From positions 40,621 through 104,620 of the IMG/VR virus record IMGVR_UViG_3300045988_174111: a stretch of 64,000 nt of DNA. One strand, given 5' to 3'. A model generated the notes under the pieces. The model saw nothing but the letters and a program-made list of their open reading frames with translations, did not search any database and had not been told where the DNA came from. Each line of letters starts with the position of its first letter. Position 1 is the stretch's first letter. The translations under genes and the position numbers were made by a program. The stretch is from a virus. This document shows positions 44,286 through 52,546 of the stretch, one piece after another.

Positions 44286-44816
44286 TTATTTTATATTCCA
44301 AGAAACATTCGAGTCAACTCTAAACTCCGAATTTCCTCCAACAGCTTCAAATTCCAATGACGTAGGAGAAACATCGAGATACAAAATTTTCGCAACCAAA
44401 TTCACTTCATTTTCAACGGTAAATGAATAAGTAGCTTCTGAGGAAACCTTTTCACCACCTTTATACCAACCATCAAAAACATCACCCTCTTTTAAAAGAT
44501 TGCATTTTAATACCACTTTTTCCCCCACAGCAACTTCTTTTGAAGCATTCGTCCCAGCTTCTCCATTATCAATTTCAACCGATGCCCTTGAAGTTACGTC
44601 AGAATTCAATGAAATTGAAATTAAAAAAGACCCTTTTTGAATGTCCTTCAATAAAATAAAATCATTATCACCATAAGAAGACAAAGGTTCTTTGTCAAAT
44701 TTCCCAGCAGAAATGAGTTCCTTTTTCCGAACAAAATTCTTTTCAGAAACCCCAATGTCCTCAGGGGTAATTCCCACAATATCTGCAGCCTGTTTAGAAG
44801 TTGAATAATTTTCCAT
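44286..44816 (-). CDS. Protein ending in one F-x-GW-Y repeat plus the N-terminal half of a BACON domain (possibly the upstream part of a read-through fusion)
   Basis: Start trimmed to MENYSTSKQ (ATG at 44814-44816), just after the upstream TAA. The C-terminus is DVFDGWYKGGEKVSS...ILYLDVSPTSLEFEAVGGNSEFRVDSNVSWNIK-TAA. The next ORF is in the same frame. Confidence 0.65.
   Translation of the reverse strand: MENYSTSKQAADIVGITPEDIGVSEKNFVRKKELISAGKFDKEPLSSYGDNDFILLKDIQKGSFLISISLNSDVTSRASVEIDNGEAGTNASKEVAVGEKVVLKCNLLKEGDVFDGWYKGGEKVSSEATYSFTVENEVNLVAKILYLDVSPTSLEFEAVGGNSEFRVDSNVSWNIK
44361..44402. repeat. Direct repeat copy B
   Basis: cgtaggagaaacAtcGagatacaaaattttcgcaaccaaatt. It sits in the same codon phase as copy A, since the 3,900-nt offset is 1,300 codons. 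Confidence 0.85.
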
Positions 44817-44818
44817 AA

Positions 44819-45043
44819 TTAAGTTGTTTTTCCAGCACCTTGCTGGCAATCAACAAATTTTTTAAAAACAATATTCCCAGAAACTGAATTGATTTTATCA
44901 ATCAAACCTTGTCCAGTTAACTTGTCAAGAATATTCTTTTCTGTCAAACTATCTAAGATACTAGAAGGGTTCTCCTGCTGTTTCTGAACAGCAGATAAAA
45001 GTTCATCAACTTTTGCCCCAGTAAATTTCGATTTATATGCCAT
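44819..45043 (-). CDS. Hypothetical protein
   Basis: 74-aa ORF, co-oriented with its neighbours. Confidence 0.5.
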   Translation of the reverse strand: MAYKSKFTGAKVDELLSAVQKQQENPSSILDSLTEKNILDKLTGQGLIDKINSVSGNIVFKKFVDCQQGAGKTT

Positions 45044-45069
45044 AATACATTATCTTTATTCGTAAATAA

Positions 45070-45537
45070 TTATACAAATTTTTCCCATTCCACATGAATT
45101 TCTTTTTTCATCATATCATTTATCCATTCATCAAAAATCTTTCCTTCATGTCCATTTGGGTTCATTAGCATTTTGTAAGCGGTATCAAAACAAGAAATTT
45201 CCTCTTTAATTGGAGTTGGAACAAACATAGAATATGACAAATTGGCCAAATAAACAACGTCGCCCATAAGTTTTTCTGGGACAGAAAAGCCAAGATTCTT
45301 CATTGCCTTCTTAACCTGTTCAAAAGACCAAGTATGCTGATAATTATTTGAATTTTTCAGCATTTTACTCGCATATTCAGATAATTTCTCATTGAAATGG
45401 TACCCGTACTTCCCCAAATATTTCTGATACGCTTCATCGGAAGCCAGCTCAATATATTTGTCATTTAGACTCATGGTAGGAGCTGGGTTCATGCTTTTCA
45501 GCAATTTCCGAATTATAATATACTTCAAGAATATCAT
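45070..45537 (-). CDS. Hypothetical protein
   Basis: 155-aa ORF. Confidence 0.55.
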   Translation of the reverse strand: MIFLKYIIIRKLLKSMNPAPTMSLNDKYIELASDEAYQKYLGKYGYHFNEKLSEYASKMLKNSNNYQHTWSFEQVKKAMKNLGFSVPEKLMGDVVYLANLSYSMFVPTPIKEEISCFDTAYKMLMNPNGHEGKIFDEWINDMMKKEIHVEWEKFV

Positions 45538-45541
45538 AACA

Positions 45542-46042
45542 TCACTGTTTTGGGTTAAAGTTTTTCAAAACTTTCTCAAACATTTCTTGCTGGGTTTGAA
45601 GCATATCTTTCATTTCTCTGACAGAAGTCTCAATCTGACTAAATCTCTTTTCGGTTTCTTGTTTCTCTTTTAGAACCGGATTCAATTCCATTAAAAGCTT
45701 TGAACTCTCTTCCAAATCTTTTTCTACCTTCGGACGCTCCTTCAAATACTGCTCTGCTTTGTTTTTTATAGCTTCCAGCTCACTGATTATACCATTCTTA
45801 TCTGTTGCTAATATGATGTCCCCAGAAGATGAAATACACAAATTTTCAGGAACAATGTATGTCGCGCTCTTATCTCCGGCCTCAATAACTAAATCGACAA
45901 CCATTTTCCCCATTGTCATTGGATTTGTATTATCGATATGCGGGAATGTATTTGAAACAACGCGCCCCTCTGTATAGGAGAAATTTTGTTTATCCAAAAT
46001 GTAAATCGGATAACTCTGCTTAACATCTCTGAATTGTAACAT
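45542..46042 (-). CDS. Hypothetical protein
   Basis: 166-aa ORF with a coiled-coil-like C-terminal half. Confidence 0.55.
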   Translation of the reverse strand: MLQFRDVKQSYPIYILDKQNFSYTEGRVVSNTFPHIDNTNPMTMGKMVVDLVIEAGDKSATYIVPENLCISSSGDIILATDKNGIISELEAIKNKAEQYLKERPKVEKDLEESSKLLMELNPVLKEKQETEKRFSQIETSVREMKDMLQTQQEMFEKVLKNFNPKQ

Positions 46043-46063
46043 AATTTTCTATTTTTAAATAAA

Positions 46064-46090
46064 AGAGCCTCAAACAAATATTGAGGCTCT
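46064..46090 (-). terminator. Rho-independent terminator
   Basis: Perfect 10-bp stem agagcctcaa/ttgaggctct with a 7-nt loop. On the minus strand it is followed by TTTATTTAAAAAT. It lies 21 nt after the stop of the 139-aa ORF. Confidence 0.75.
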
Positions 46091-46110
46091 TTCTGTTATT
46101 CAACCATAAT

Positions 46111-46530
46111 TTATGAAGCAGCGGCAGCAGCTTCAATAGATACGACGATAGAATCATTAATCAACATACAGTTACCTTGCGCACGTACTAATCTCCCTAC
46201 AGATGTAATCGTTGGTTGAACAGTCGGCAACGCTGTTTGCCCCTGAAACGCAACATCAAAATGTTCCGTAATAGGTTGCCCGTTGTTGTTACATCCGCAA
46301 TTATTGAACTGAGGAATGTTGATTGTTGCAGTTATCGGTACGTAAACGGTACTTCCTGATAGAATAGGAGTTCCGCTTGCGTATTGAATCGTGACAGGAA
46401 TATTGCTTGCCGCTCCCATCATTGAACATACTGATTTACACAACTTTTCTCTGAATGTTGCCATAGTTGACAACTGGTTAGCAGTCAGTGCTGTTGTTGC
46501 TAACCCTACTGGGGATAATGATACTGACAT
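46111..46530 (-). CDS. Hypothetical Ala/Thr/Cys-containing protein (moron-like unit)
   Basis: 139-aa ORF, visibly more GC-rich than the flanking genes. Bracketed by a promoter motif and a strong terminator. No recognised motif. Confidence 0.6.
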   Translation of the reverse strand: MSVSLSPVGLATTALTANQLSTMATFREKLCKSVCSMMGAASNIPVTIQYASGTPILSGSTVYVPITATINIPQFNNCGCNNNGQPITEHFDVAFQGQTALPTVQPTITSVGRLVRAQGNCMLINDSIVVSIEAAAAAS

Positions 46531-46548
46531 AGCTATACCCTTTCATCA

Positions 46549-46674
46549 TTAATAGCCGATACCATTACCACCGCCAAAAAGACCGTTACCACTGTTTGCA
46601 CCTGCCATAAAAGGCAACCAACTACTGCCCCAACCATTGTCGCAACAGTAAACTTTCTCCATTGTAGAGTCCAT
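46549..46674 (-). CDS. Small Gly/Cys/Trp-rich peptide (41 aa)
   Basis: Below the ORF-track size cutoff. My translation is MDSTMEKVYCCDNGWGSSWLPFMAGANSGNGLFGGGNGIGY-TAA. It lies 42 nt downstream of a TAATTTTG promoter motif and 18 nt upstream of the 139-aa ORF. Confidence 0.4.
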   Translation of the reverse strand: MDSTMEKVYCCDNGWGSSWLPFMAGANSGNGLFGGGNGIGY

Positions 46675-46715
46675 AAATAAAAAATTTAAATTAATAATTT
46701 AAGTTAACTACACTA

Positions 46716-46723
46716 CAAAATTA
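46716..46723 (-). promoter_or_regulatory. Bacteroidota-type -7 promoter element (TAATTTTG on the minus strand)
   Basis: Plus strand caaaatta within the 391-nt non-coding gap 46531-46921. Confidence 0.4.
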
Positions 46724-46921
46724 CTAATTTTATTTTTCAATAAAAACTTCACATCAATACATCAGAACACCTCTCCCCTCTAAATAATCAAAATGCTGCA
46801 AGGAATTTTATGCGCTCCCCGATAGCACATCTTACATGGCTGGTTAAATCCAATGCGGCCTTCTTACAACCGTACCTTGCAACATTTTTCTAAATTATTT
46901 TTTATTTTCCTAGTTAAAAAC

Positions 46922-47155
46922 CTACAGACACCCGATAACAATACCCACCGCATCGGCTATCAGGTCTTTCTTGTCGAATGTACCTTTCTTCAAAAACTTG
47001 TCCCACGCGAATTCCTTGGCTATACCGATGAAAGCTGCAATCAGTACAGCAATCCACATCGGAAGAAAGATATTCACTAAAACTACAATAAGATTGCTCA
47101 CAATTATATGCTTCAATCCATCAAATCCAAAATAATCGAAAACTTTGTTTATCAT
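46922..47155 (-). CDS. Small membrane protein with 2-3 TM segments (holin candidate)
   Basis: 77 aa. Hydrophobic stretches HIIVSNLIVVLVNIFL, PMWIAVLIAAFIGIA and LIADAVGIVIGCL. Confidence 0.35.
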   Translation of the reverse strand: MINKVFDYFGFDGLKHIIVSNLIVVLVNIFLPMWIAVLIAAFIGIAKEFAWDKFLKKGTFDKKDLIADAVGIVIGCL

Positions 47156-47421
47156 ATCTCTTCTTCTTTATTACTCCATTTCTCACTTTTAAGTAGATTA
47201 TTCAATTCATCTGTATTATATTCATAATTTGGATAAGTCCATTGGATAACTCTATTCTCATCCGTAGGAAGAATACTCATATCTAATGCTTGTCTTTTTT
47301 CTAAAAGAGTTTCTTCATGTACGATTACCTCTGTTCCATCAATACTCTTTCTATGAGTTTCTAATTCTTTTTCTGTGAAGATTATTTTAGCATCTTCTAT
47401 AGGTAACACAATAAACTTCAT
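47152..47421 (-). CDS. Hypothetical protein
   Basis: 89-aa ORF with an ATGA overlap with the membrane-protein gene. Confidence 0.5.
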   Translation of the reverse strand: MKFIVLPIEDAKIIFTEKELETHRKSIDGTEVIVHEETLLEKRQALDMSILPTDENRVIQWTYPNYEYNTDELNNLLKSEKWSNKEEEI

Positions 47422-47441
47422 ATTTCTTTAAATTTAATGGT

Positions 47442-48101
47442 TTAACTTACTTCTATTTCATCTACTCCGTCTAATAAATTATATTTCTTGATTATAGCAT
47501 TTATTTGTTCTTCGGTTAGAGCTTCTTTGAAGCCGAGGAATTTGTAGAGTGCCATATCGCTATAATATCCTGAATTGGTAGCATTAGCCCCAATAGTCGG
47601 TCTACTTTCTTGTACTTCATCATTAGTTAATACGTAAATAAGTTGTTTTTTATTAATTAATTCATTAACTTTAATACTACGATTTAACATTCCATTAATA
47701 AAAGTATCATATTTATTTCTCTCGCAATATGCTACAAAATTACCATTGTTAAAAAAAATGGCATACTCCATATATTTCTCTAAAGTATTTTTTCTTTGGT
47801 CGTATAATATCATGCCACCTAATTTTTTATACAATGGATTACAAAGCATAAACATAGTCTTAAACCCACTATCAAAAGCATCAAGATTTACATAATCATC
47901 TACGCCATCAAAGACTAATGCACCATCCTTATATCCACTACCTTGTTCATTCCAAGCAAAGTTATGAGCAACAGCATCATTTCCATTACCACTATAATCC
48001 TTTATAGTATCTCTTGTTTCATCATCATTACTTCCTTGACTAAAATCATAATAACAATCAGGAGTAGGAATTTTCAGATGGAAGAAGATATTCGGGGTCA
48101 A
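47442..48101 (-). CDS. LamG-like (concanavalin-type jelly-roll) domain protein
   Basis: DYSGNGNDAVAHNFAWNEQGSGYKDGALVFDGVDDYVNLD is typical of phage LamG-domain proteins. It is a paralogue of the disrupted gene upstream. Confidence 0.6.
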   Translation of the reverse strand: MTPNIFFHLKIPTPDCYYDFSQGSNDDETRDTIKDYSGNGNDAVAHNFAWNEQGSGYKDGALVFDGVDDYVNLDAFDSGFKTMFMLCNPLYKKLGGMILYDQRKNTLEKYMEYAIFFNNGNFVAYCERNKYDTFINGMLNRSIKVNELINKKQLIYVLTNDEVQESRPTIGANATNSGYYSDMALYKFLGFKEALTEEQINAIIKKYNLLDGVDEIEVS

Positions 48102-49143
48102 TATATTTTCTAATAAATGCTTTTATTTCTTGTTCGTCTAAGCTGCGGTCGAAGAGATAGGTGGAGTAGAAAGCAAAATTAGAACGTCCCATATGATTAT
48201 CTCTAACAATCCCAATCCATAATTTATTTCCATCTATGCCATTTCCTGATAATATGTTATCACCATTATATACATTTTTATTTGCATAAGAAATTTCTGA
48301 ATCCAAATGATTTACATTATTCATCATACCATAATTCCAAACCTCCATTTTATTTGTACCAAGATTATTTTTTTTCAAATATAAATGCTCCTCGACCAAC
48401 AGAATATGATTTTGATAAAATACAAAAATCTTTTTTATAATCAAGAATTTCTCTTTTGCAGATAATAGTATAATCCGTCAAAATCGGCATATTCTCATTA
48501 ATACCATAATCATCTACTCCGTCAAATATTAGAGCATCAGGGTATTCGGGAAGAAGTTCAATAAGAACATCGCATGTTATTGATTCATTAGTATTTTTTA
48601 TTATAATGTATCTATAATAATCAATATTTTCATTTAACTGATTTATTTCATAAATACCATCTTGCGTTATATTAATTATTTCTGTTATTTTAGAACCTAC
48701 TACATAATCAATTTTAAAACTAGTGACATTCCCAGTTATACCTTTTACTTTTATTTTATATTTTGGTAAGTTGGATAATTTGGTTTTTTCTATAAAAACA
48801 ATACTTGTTATATTTTTTACAATTTGAGAAATATGTATTGTATGTTCACTTATTTCTTTTATATAAAAACTATCGTCTTTGGTAATCCAATTTTTATAAT
48901 TAGCCCAATACCCCCCTACCCACTCATCTCACTAAAAGCAAATCCATTCAAAGTAATATCATGTCCATTACCTGTCAAATCTTTAAGAGTTGCTCTATCT
49001 GCATCATCATTAGTTTTACCTTTTGCTGACCATGCGGCAATAAGACCTGGATAAGAAATAGAGCCTCCTGAACCCCCTTTTCCCTTCAGCCTTCTGTATT
49101 TAAACAGGCTTATTCCAAGCCCTAAATTCATTCCTAAACTCAT
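48058..49143 (-). pseudogene. LamG-like domain gene split into three reading-frame segments (pseudogene, phase-variable gene or recoded gene)
   Basis: Segment 1 (49143-48919) ends ...LKDLTGNGHDITLNGFAFSEMSG-TAG. Segment 2 has no ATG and lies in the -1 frame. It reads WVGGYWANYKNW...PDALIFDGVDDYG...GRGAFIFEKK-TAA. Segment 3 returns to the frame of segment 1 and reads NNLGTNKMEVWNYG...FDRSLDEQEIKAFIRKY. The frame switches sit at GGG-TA-GGGGGG (48911-48921) and at the A8 tract (48368-48375). Confidence 0.7.
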
Positions 49144-49145
49144 AA

Positions 49146-49478
49146 TCAGATTCCAATTGACAATTTAGTAACAGTTGTCCCCTCAAAAATTATCGTGTCA
49201 ACAAGATACAGCATAGGGGTGCCAATGAACGCACTCACTTCTTCCGAAGAAATTGTATATATTTCACCAGTATTTCCTGAAAGTTTCACTTTAATCACCC
49301 CTTCTGAAAGAGGAATGATTATAAATGGAAAGTGCTTTCCGTTATTCCCTTCAACAAAAATGTCTTCTGCTATTTCTTGAAAATTCCAAGCCTGACTAAT
49401 AGTATTTGGAGAAACCAATCCATTTGGATTTGTACTCTGAACTTTATTCAATCCAATTGTAATTATATCCTTTTTCAT
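49146..49478 (-). CDS. Hypothetical protein (neck or tail module)
   Basis: 110-aa ORF. Confidence 0.55.
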   Translation of the reverse strand: MKKDIITIGLNKVQSTNPNGLVSPNTISQAWNFQEIAEDIFVEGNNGKHFPFIIIPLSEGVIKVKLSGNTGEIYTISSEEVSAFIGTPMLYLVDTIIFEGTTVTKLSIGI

Positions 49479-49533
49479 AACCGTAAAATTTTATTGAAAA
49501 TACAAGTTTTATTTTTAAAACCAAAATCAAAAA

Positions 49534-50184
49534 TCATTCCTTTATGGAAATAGCATCTCTAATCACAAATTTTTTCACGATTTCAGGGCGAATAATCGAA
49601 CAATAGTCATCAATGCCCTCAACTTCAATAGATACATTTTTAATCAAAATTGGCTGTGGGAACAATGAATTTTCAGCAATAAGCTCATTCATACTGAAAT
49701 TAAACTTTATAAATTCCTCTTCTAAAGTATTACGAGCTCCTACCAGCAATGCATAAAGCACTTCCCCAATCAAAATTGACTCAAGCATATTCTCACTAAG
49801 GCACATCAAATCAATTTTTGACAAAGCTGGCTGCCGAAAACCTTCCCTTTCATATTCAGGCTTTCCATATGCGTCAAGTGTCATTTCTCCAAAGCCCCCT
49901 AAAGGTGATTCTATATTCTGAGAGCGTCCTGGCTCTCTAACTATAATACAAGGAAGGTGAGTTTTATCTTTAGGATATTCCATTTTCACCTGTAATTTTC
50001 GAGGTGAGGAATTCGCCCTTAAAAACAATTTTTTTGCTTGAGAATAAAAATCAAAACTTCCATCAGAAATTCCATAGAACATGTGATATAGAAAAGTTTC
50101 ACTTTCAGGAACATTTTCAAAATCATTCTGAACATAGCTCAGAAGCCCCTCGACCATTTGTTTTATTCTAGAAATAAGTATCAT
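49534..50184 (-). CDS. Hypothetical virion protein (neck or head-completion region)
   Basis: 216-aa ORF between the capsid and tail modules. Confidence 0.5.
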   Translation of the reverse strand: MILISRIKQMVEGLLSYVQNDFENVPESETFLYHMFYGISDGSFDFYSQAKKLFLRANSSPRKLQVKMEYPKDKTHLPCIIVREPGRSQNIESPLGGFGEMTLDAYGKPEYEREGFRQPALSKIDLMCLSENMLESILIGEVLYALLVGARNTLEEEFIKFNFSMNELIAENSLFPQPILIKNVSIEVEGIDDYCSIIRPEIVKKFVIRDAISIKE

Positions 50185-50189
50185 AAATT

Positions 50190-50957
50190 TTAAATTTGAC
50201 TTAAAAATTCATCAATAACTATATTTGCAACTTCGGAAATCTGTGATTCATCCAATGCTTTGTCCATAAATTTTTTCGCTTCAAACCCAGGATGAATCCA
50301 ACTTAATACGTCACTTTTATCGCTCACCCTCCTGAAAGTAAAATATCCGCCACGATTCTCTTGATTCGTAGAAGAAATGTCAATCCTAACAAGACCCTGA
50401 TATTTGGGGGCTTTGTGAACATATTCAGGAATTATTCCGTTTGAAGTTTGAATTGCCTTTCGCCGCCCAACCTGAGCATACTGTTCCGGGAGCTGAGACT
50501 TTTTCAGTGGTTGAATGCTTTTCTTTGCAATCCCATAAATTTCTTTAGGGAGCTGATTCTGAAAAATCATTGATTCTGCAACAGCTCCTGGAGTCGCATA
50601 TCTAAATGGTATTGTCAAATACCAACCCCCGTCCAATTTTACCTTCTTCTTTGAAGAACCTTGAAAACCAATTTTCTCATCAAACGGGGGTTTTCCTTCT
50701 TCAATCGCTAAAGCCAACCCATCTTCTCCAGGAGCCAAACCAAATACAACTTCCGTCGAGCTTACTCTGTCAACGTACATTGCCCTTTTATACAGCTTCC
50801 TTGTCTTCTGTAAGCCTCTATTTACAAGGTTTTCCCACTTGTGCGTATATTCGGTAACGATTCTATTTATAATCTCGCTACCGAGCGATTCAGCCTGAGC
50901 ACCAGTTAGTGCGAACTCAGCAACAATCTCACTTAAATCAACGTGTATCGGTATCAT
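50190..50957 (-). CDS. Hypothetical virion protein (neck or head-completion region)
   Basis: 255-aa ORF. Positional call. Confidence 0.5.
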   Translation of the reverse strand: MIPIHVDLSEIVAEFALTGAQAESLGSEIINRIVTEYTHKWENLVNRGLQKTRKLYKRAMYVDRVSSTEVVFGLAPGEDGLALAIEEGKPPFDEKIGFQGSSKKKVKLDGGWYLTIPFRYATPGAVAESMIFQNQLPKEIYGIAKKSIQPLKKSQLPEQYAQVGRRKAIQTSNGIIPEYVHKAPKYQGLVRIDISSTNQENRGGYFTFRRVSDKSDVLSWIHPGFEAKKFMDKALDESQISEVANIVIDEFLSQI

Positions 50958-51744
50958 CGTTGTGTATTATCCCACCTCCATCATAATTAGGGCGTTGAAT
51001 GTCAATTAAATGGGTTCTTCTTCCAATTGCCTGAATCGGCATCTTTAATATTTGGAATTGACCGCTCTTTTTATCCTTACCTAAAGAAGCACGAATTTCA
51101 TGAGGTAAATCAATAATGTGATATTCAACCCTATGCTTGTATAGCACAGAAACACCAGCTTCCGGTCGAACCTTCCCTGTTTTAAATCTAAGGCAATACG
51201 GATTTTCCGGAACTATCTCATAGTCAGAAGCCGATAACTTAATAAGAGGCAAATCGGAAGACTCATAAATGTACACTGCCACGATACCGTTCTCTATTGG
51301 GGCATAAGAAAGAAAAACAGCAATCTCATCACCTATCATCTCTTTCGCAACTAACATTTCCGTAAACGAAGCATATTCGTCCTCAACAGTCACCCTGTCA
51401 AAATAGGAAAGAAAGTCTTTGTCTTCATCTCGAACAGTAATTGATGCAGTCCCCATTAGTTCAGGAGACCACTGGACATACTGCGTATTTCGATTCAATC
51501 CAGTAATTAACGCTTTTGTCCGAGTTGGGTTTATGAAAAAATACCCAAACCCATGGCAATTTTGACAGTCTGGCAAAGGACTTCCGGAATCGCCTTGACA
51601 TGGGCATCTTATTGCTTTCTCGCAAATTATATCATAGCCATGTGACCAAATAACTGAATTAAAGTCATTGGGGCGAAATGAAACCTGTGGCTGGCCATAC
51701 AAAGATTGGTCAGGAGCGTTTGAAATAAATCTTTCGTTCATCAT
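50938..51744 (-). CDS. Hypothetical virion protein (neck or head-completion region)
   Basis: 268-aa ORF with a CPCQGDSGSPLPDCQNCHGFG Cys cluster. Positional call. Confidence 0.5.
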   Translation of the reverse strand: MMNERFISNAPDQSLYGQPQVSFRPNDFNSVIWSHGYDIICEKAIRCPCQGDSGSPLPDCQNCHGFGYFFINPTRTKALITGLNRNTQYVQWSPELMGTASITVRDEDKDFLSYFDRVTVEDEYASFTEMLVAKEMIGDEIAVFLSYAPIENGIVAVYIYESSDLPLIKLSASDYEIVPENPYCLRFKTGKVRPEAGVSVLYKHRVEYHIIDLPHEIRASLGKDKKSGQFQILKMPIQAIGRRTHLIDIQRPNYDGGGIIHNDDTDTR

Positions 51745-52541
51745 ACAACAACCATACGAATTTCGTCATACACTAATTTCAATCTCTTTACAGTCTCTTT
51801 TATTTCACGCTCATACTGAACCAAACGTGCCCCGTATCCCGCATTTGTGGCAGAAGATGTCGAACTAATTGATTGGCTCAACCCATCAACACCTAGAGAC
51901 TGAGAAGCAATACCCGCACCAAGAATCAAGTCTCCGGCAACACCTAGAGGGCCAAAGGTCGCTAATTTTCCAGTAAGATTTATCAAGTCCATTGGCATAT
52001 GGTCAATATCGAAACCAGTAATGTACTGAAAATCCCAATAGTCAGGAATCATTCTGAAATGCTGACTTCCCAATTGAGTAGTCAATCCACTCAGAATCAC
52101 TTCTGCATTAGCAGTTGCAACAGCCGAACCAGTCGGAACAATTGAAACTCTTCGCTTAAATAAGCCATAACTATTTTGATGAGTTGTAAGCCACTGTGTC
52201 GGATAGGAAATTTGTTCCAAATTATTGAACCGACCCGTCAACGAAATCGGCTTGTTGACGGGGTAATTCGTGAATAAAATTGGAAAACTTTGCCAATAAT
52301 CTGCTCGATAAAATGTCAACTTCTCTTGGTCAATGAATTGACGCATCAATTTAAGATTGAAAAAATTCTCAACTTCTTTCTGCGCTGCCTGAATATAGAA
52401 CCTCATGCTTTCATTGCTAAATGATGTTCCATCTCCGCCCTGTATAGTTATCCCATACAGATACAAGGAAAAAATTTCAGAGGGGTTAAATATCATCCCA
52501 GTGTTTTTCCGATACTTCATTGTCAAAACAAGTTGTCCCAT
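51741..52541 (-). CDS. Hypothetical virion protein (neck or head-completion region)
   Basis: 266-aa ORF with an ATGA overlap with the next gene. Confidence 0.5.
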   Translation of the reverse strand: MGQLVLTMKYRKNTGMIFNPSEIFSLYLYGITIQGGDGTSFSNESMRFYIQAAQKEVENFFNLKLMRQFIDQEKLTFYRADYWQSFPILFTNYPVNKPISLTGRFNNLEQISYPTQWLTTHQNSYGLFKRRVSIVPTGSAVATANAEVILSGLTTQLGSQHFRMIPDYWDFQYITGFDIDHMPMDLINLTGKLATFGPLGVAGDLILGAGIASQSLGVDGLSQSISSTSSATNAGYGARLVQYEREIKETVKRLKLVYDEIRMVVV

Positions 52542-52546
52542 CTATC

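Noticed and set aside
46797-46881. An 85-nt segment in the long non-coding gap whose ends form a 7-bp helix (tgcaagg ... ccttgca). This suggests a tRNA or another small RNA, and a suppressor tRNA would have fitted the in-frame TAA observations.
   Set aside because: I could not fold either strand into a cloverleaf. On the minus strand a D-arm-like cggt/gccg pairing exists, but there is no anticodon stem and no GTTCRANNC-type T-loop or T-stem. It may still be a structured leader, so it is only worth a covariance-model scan.
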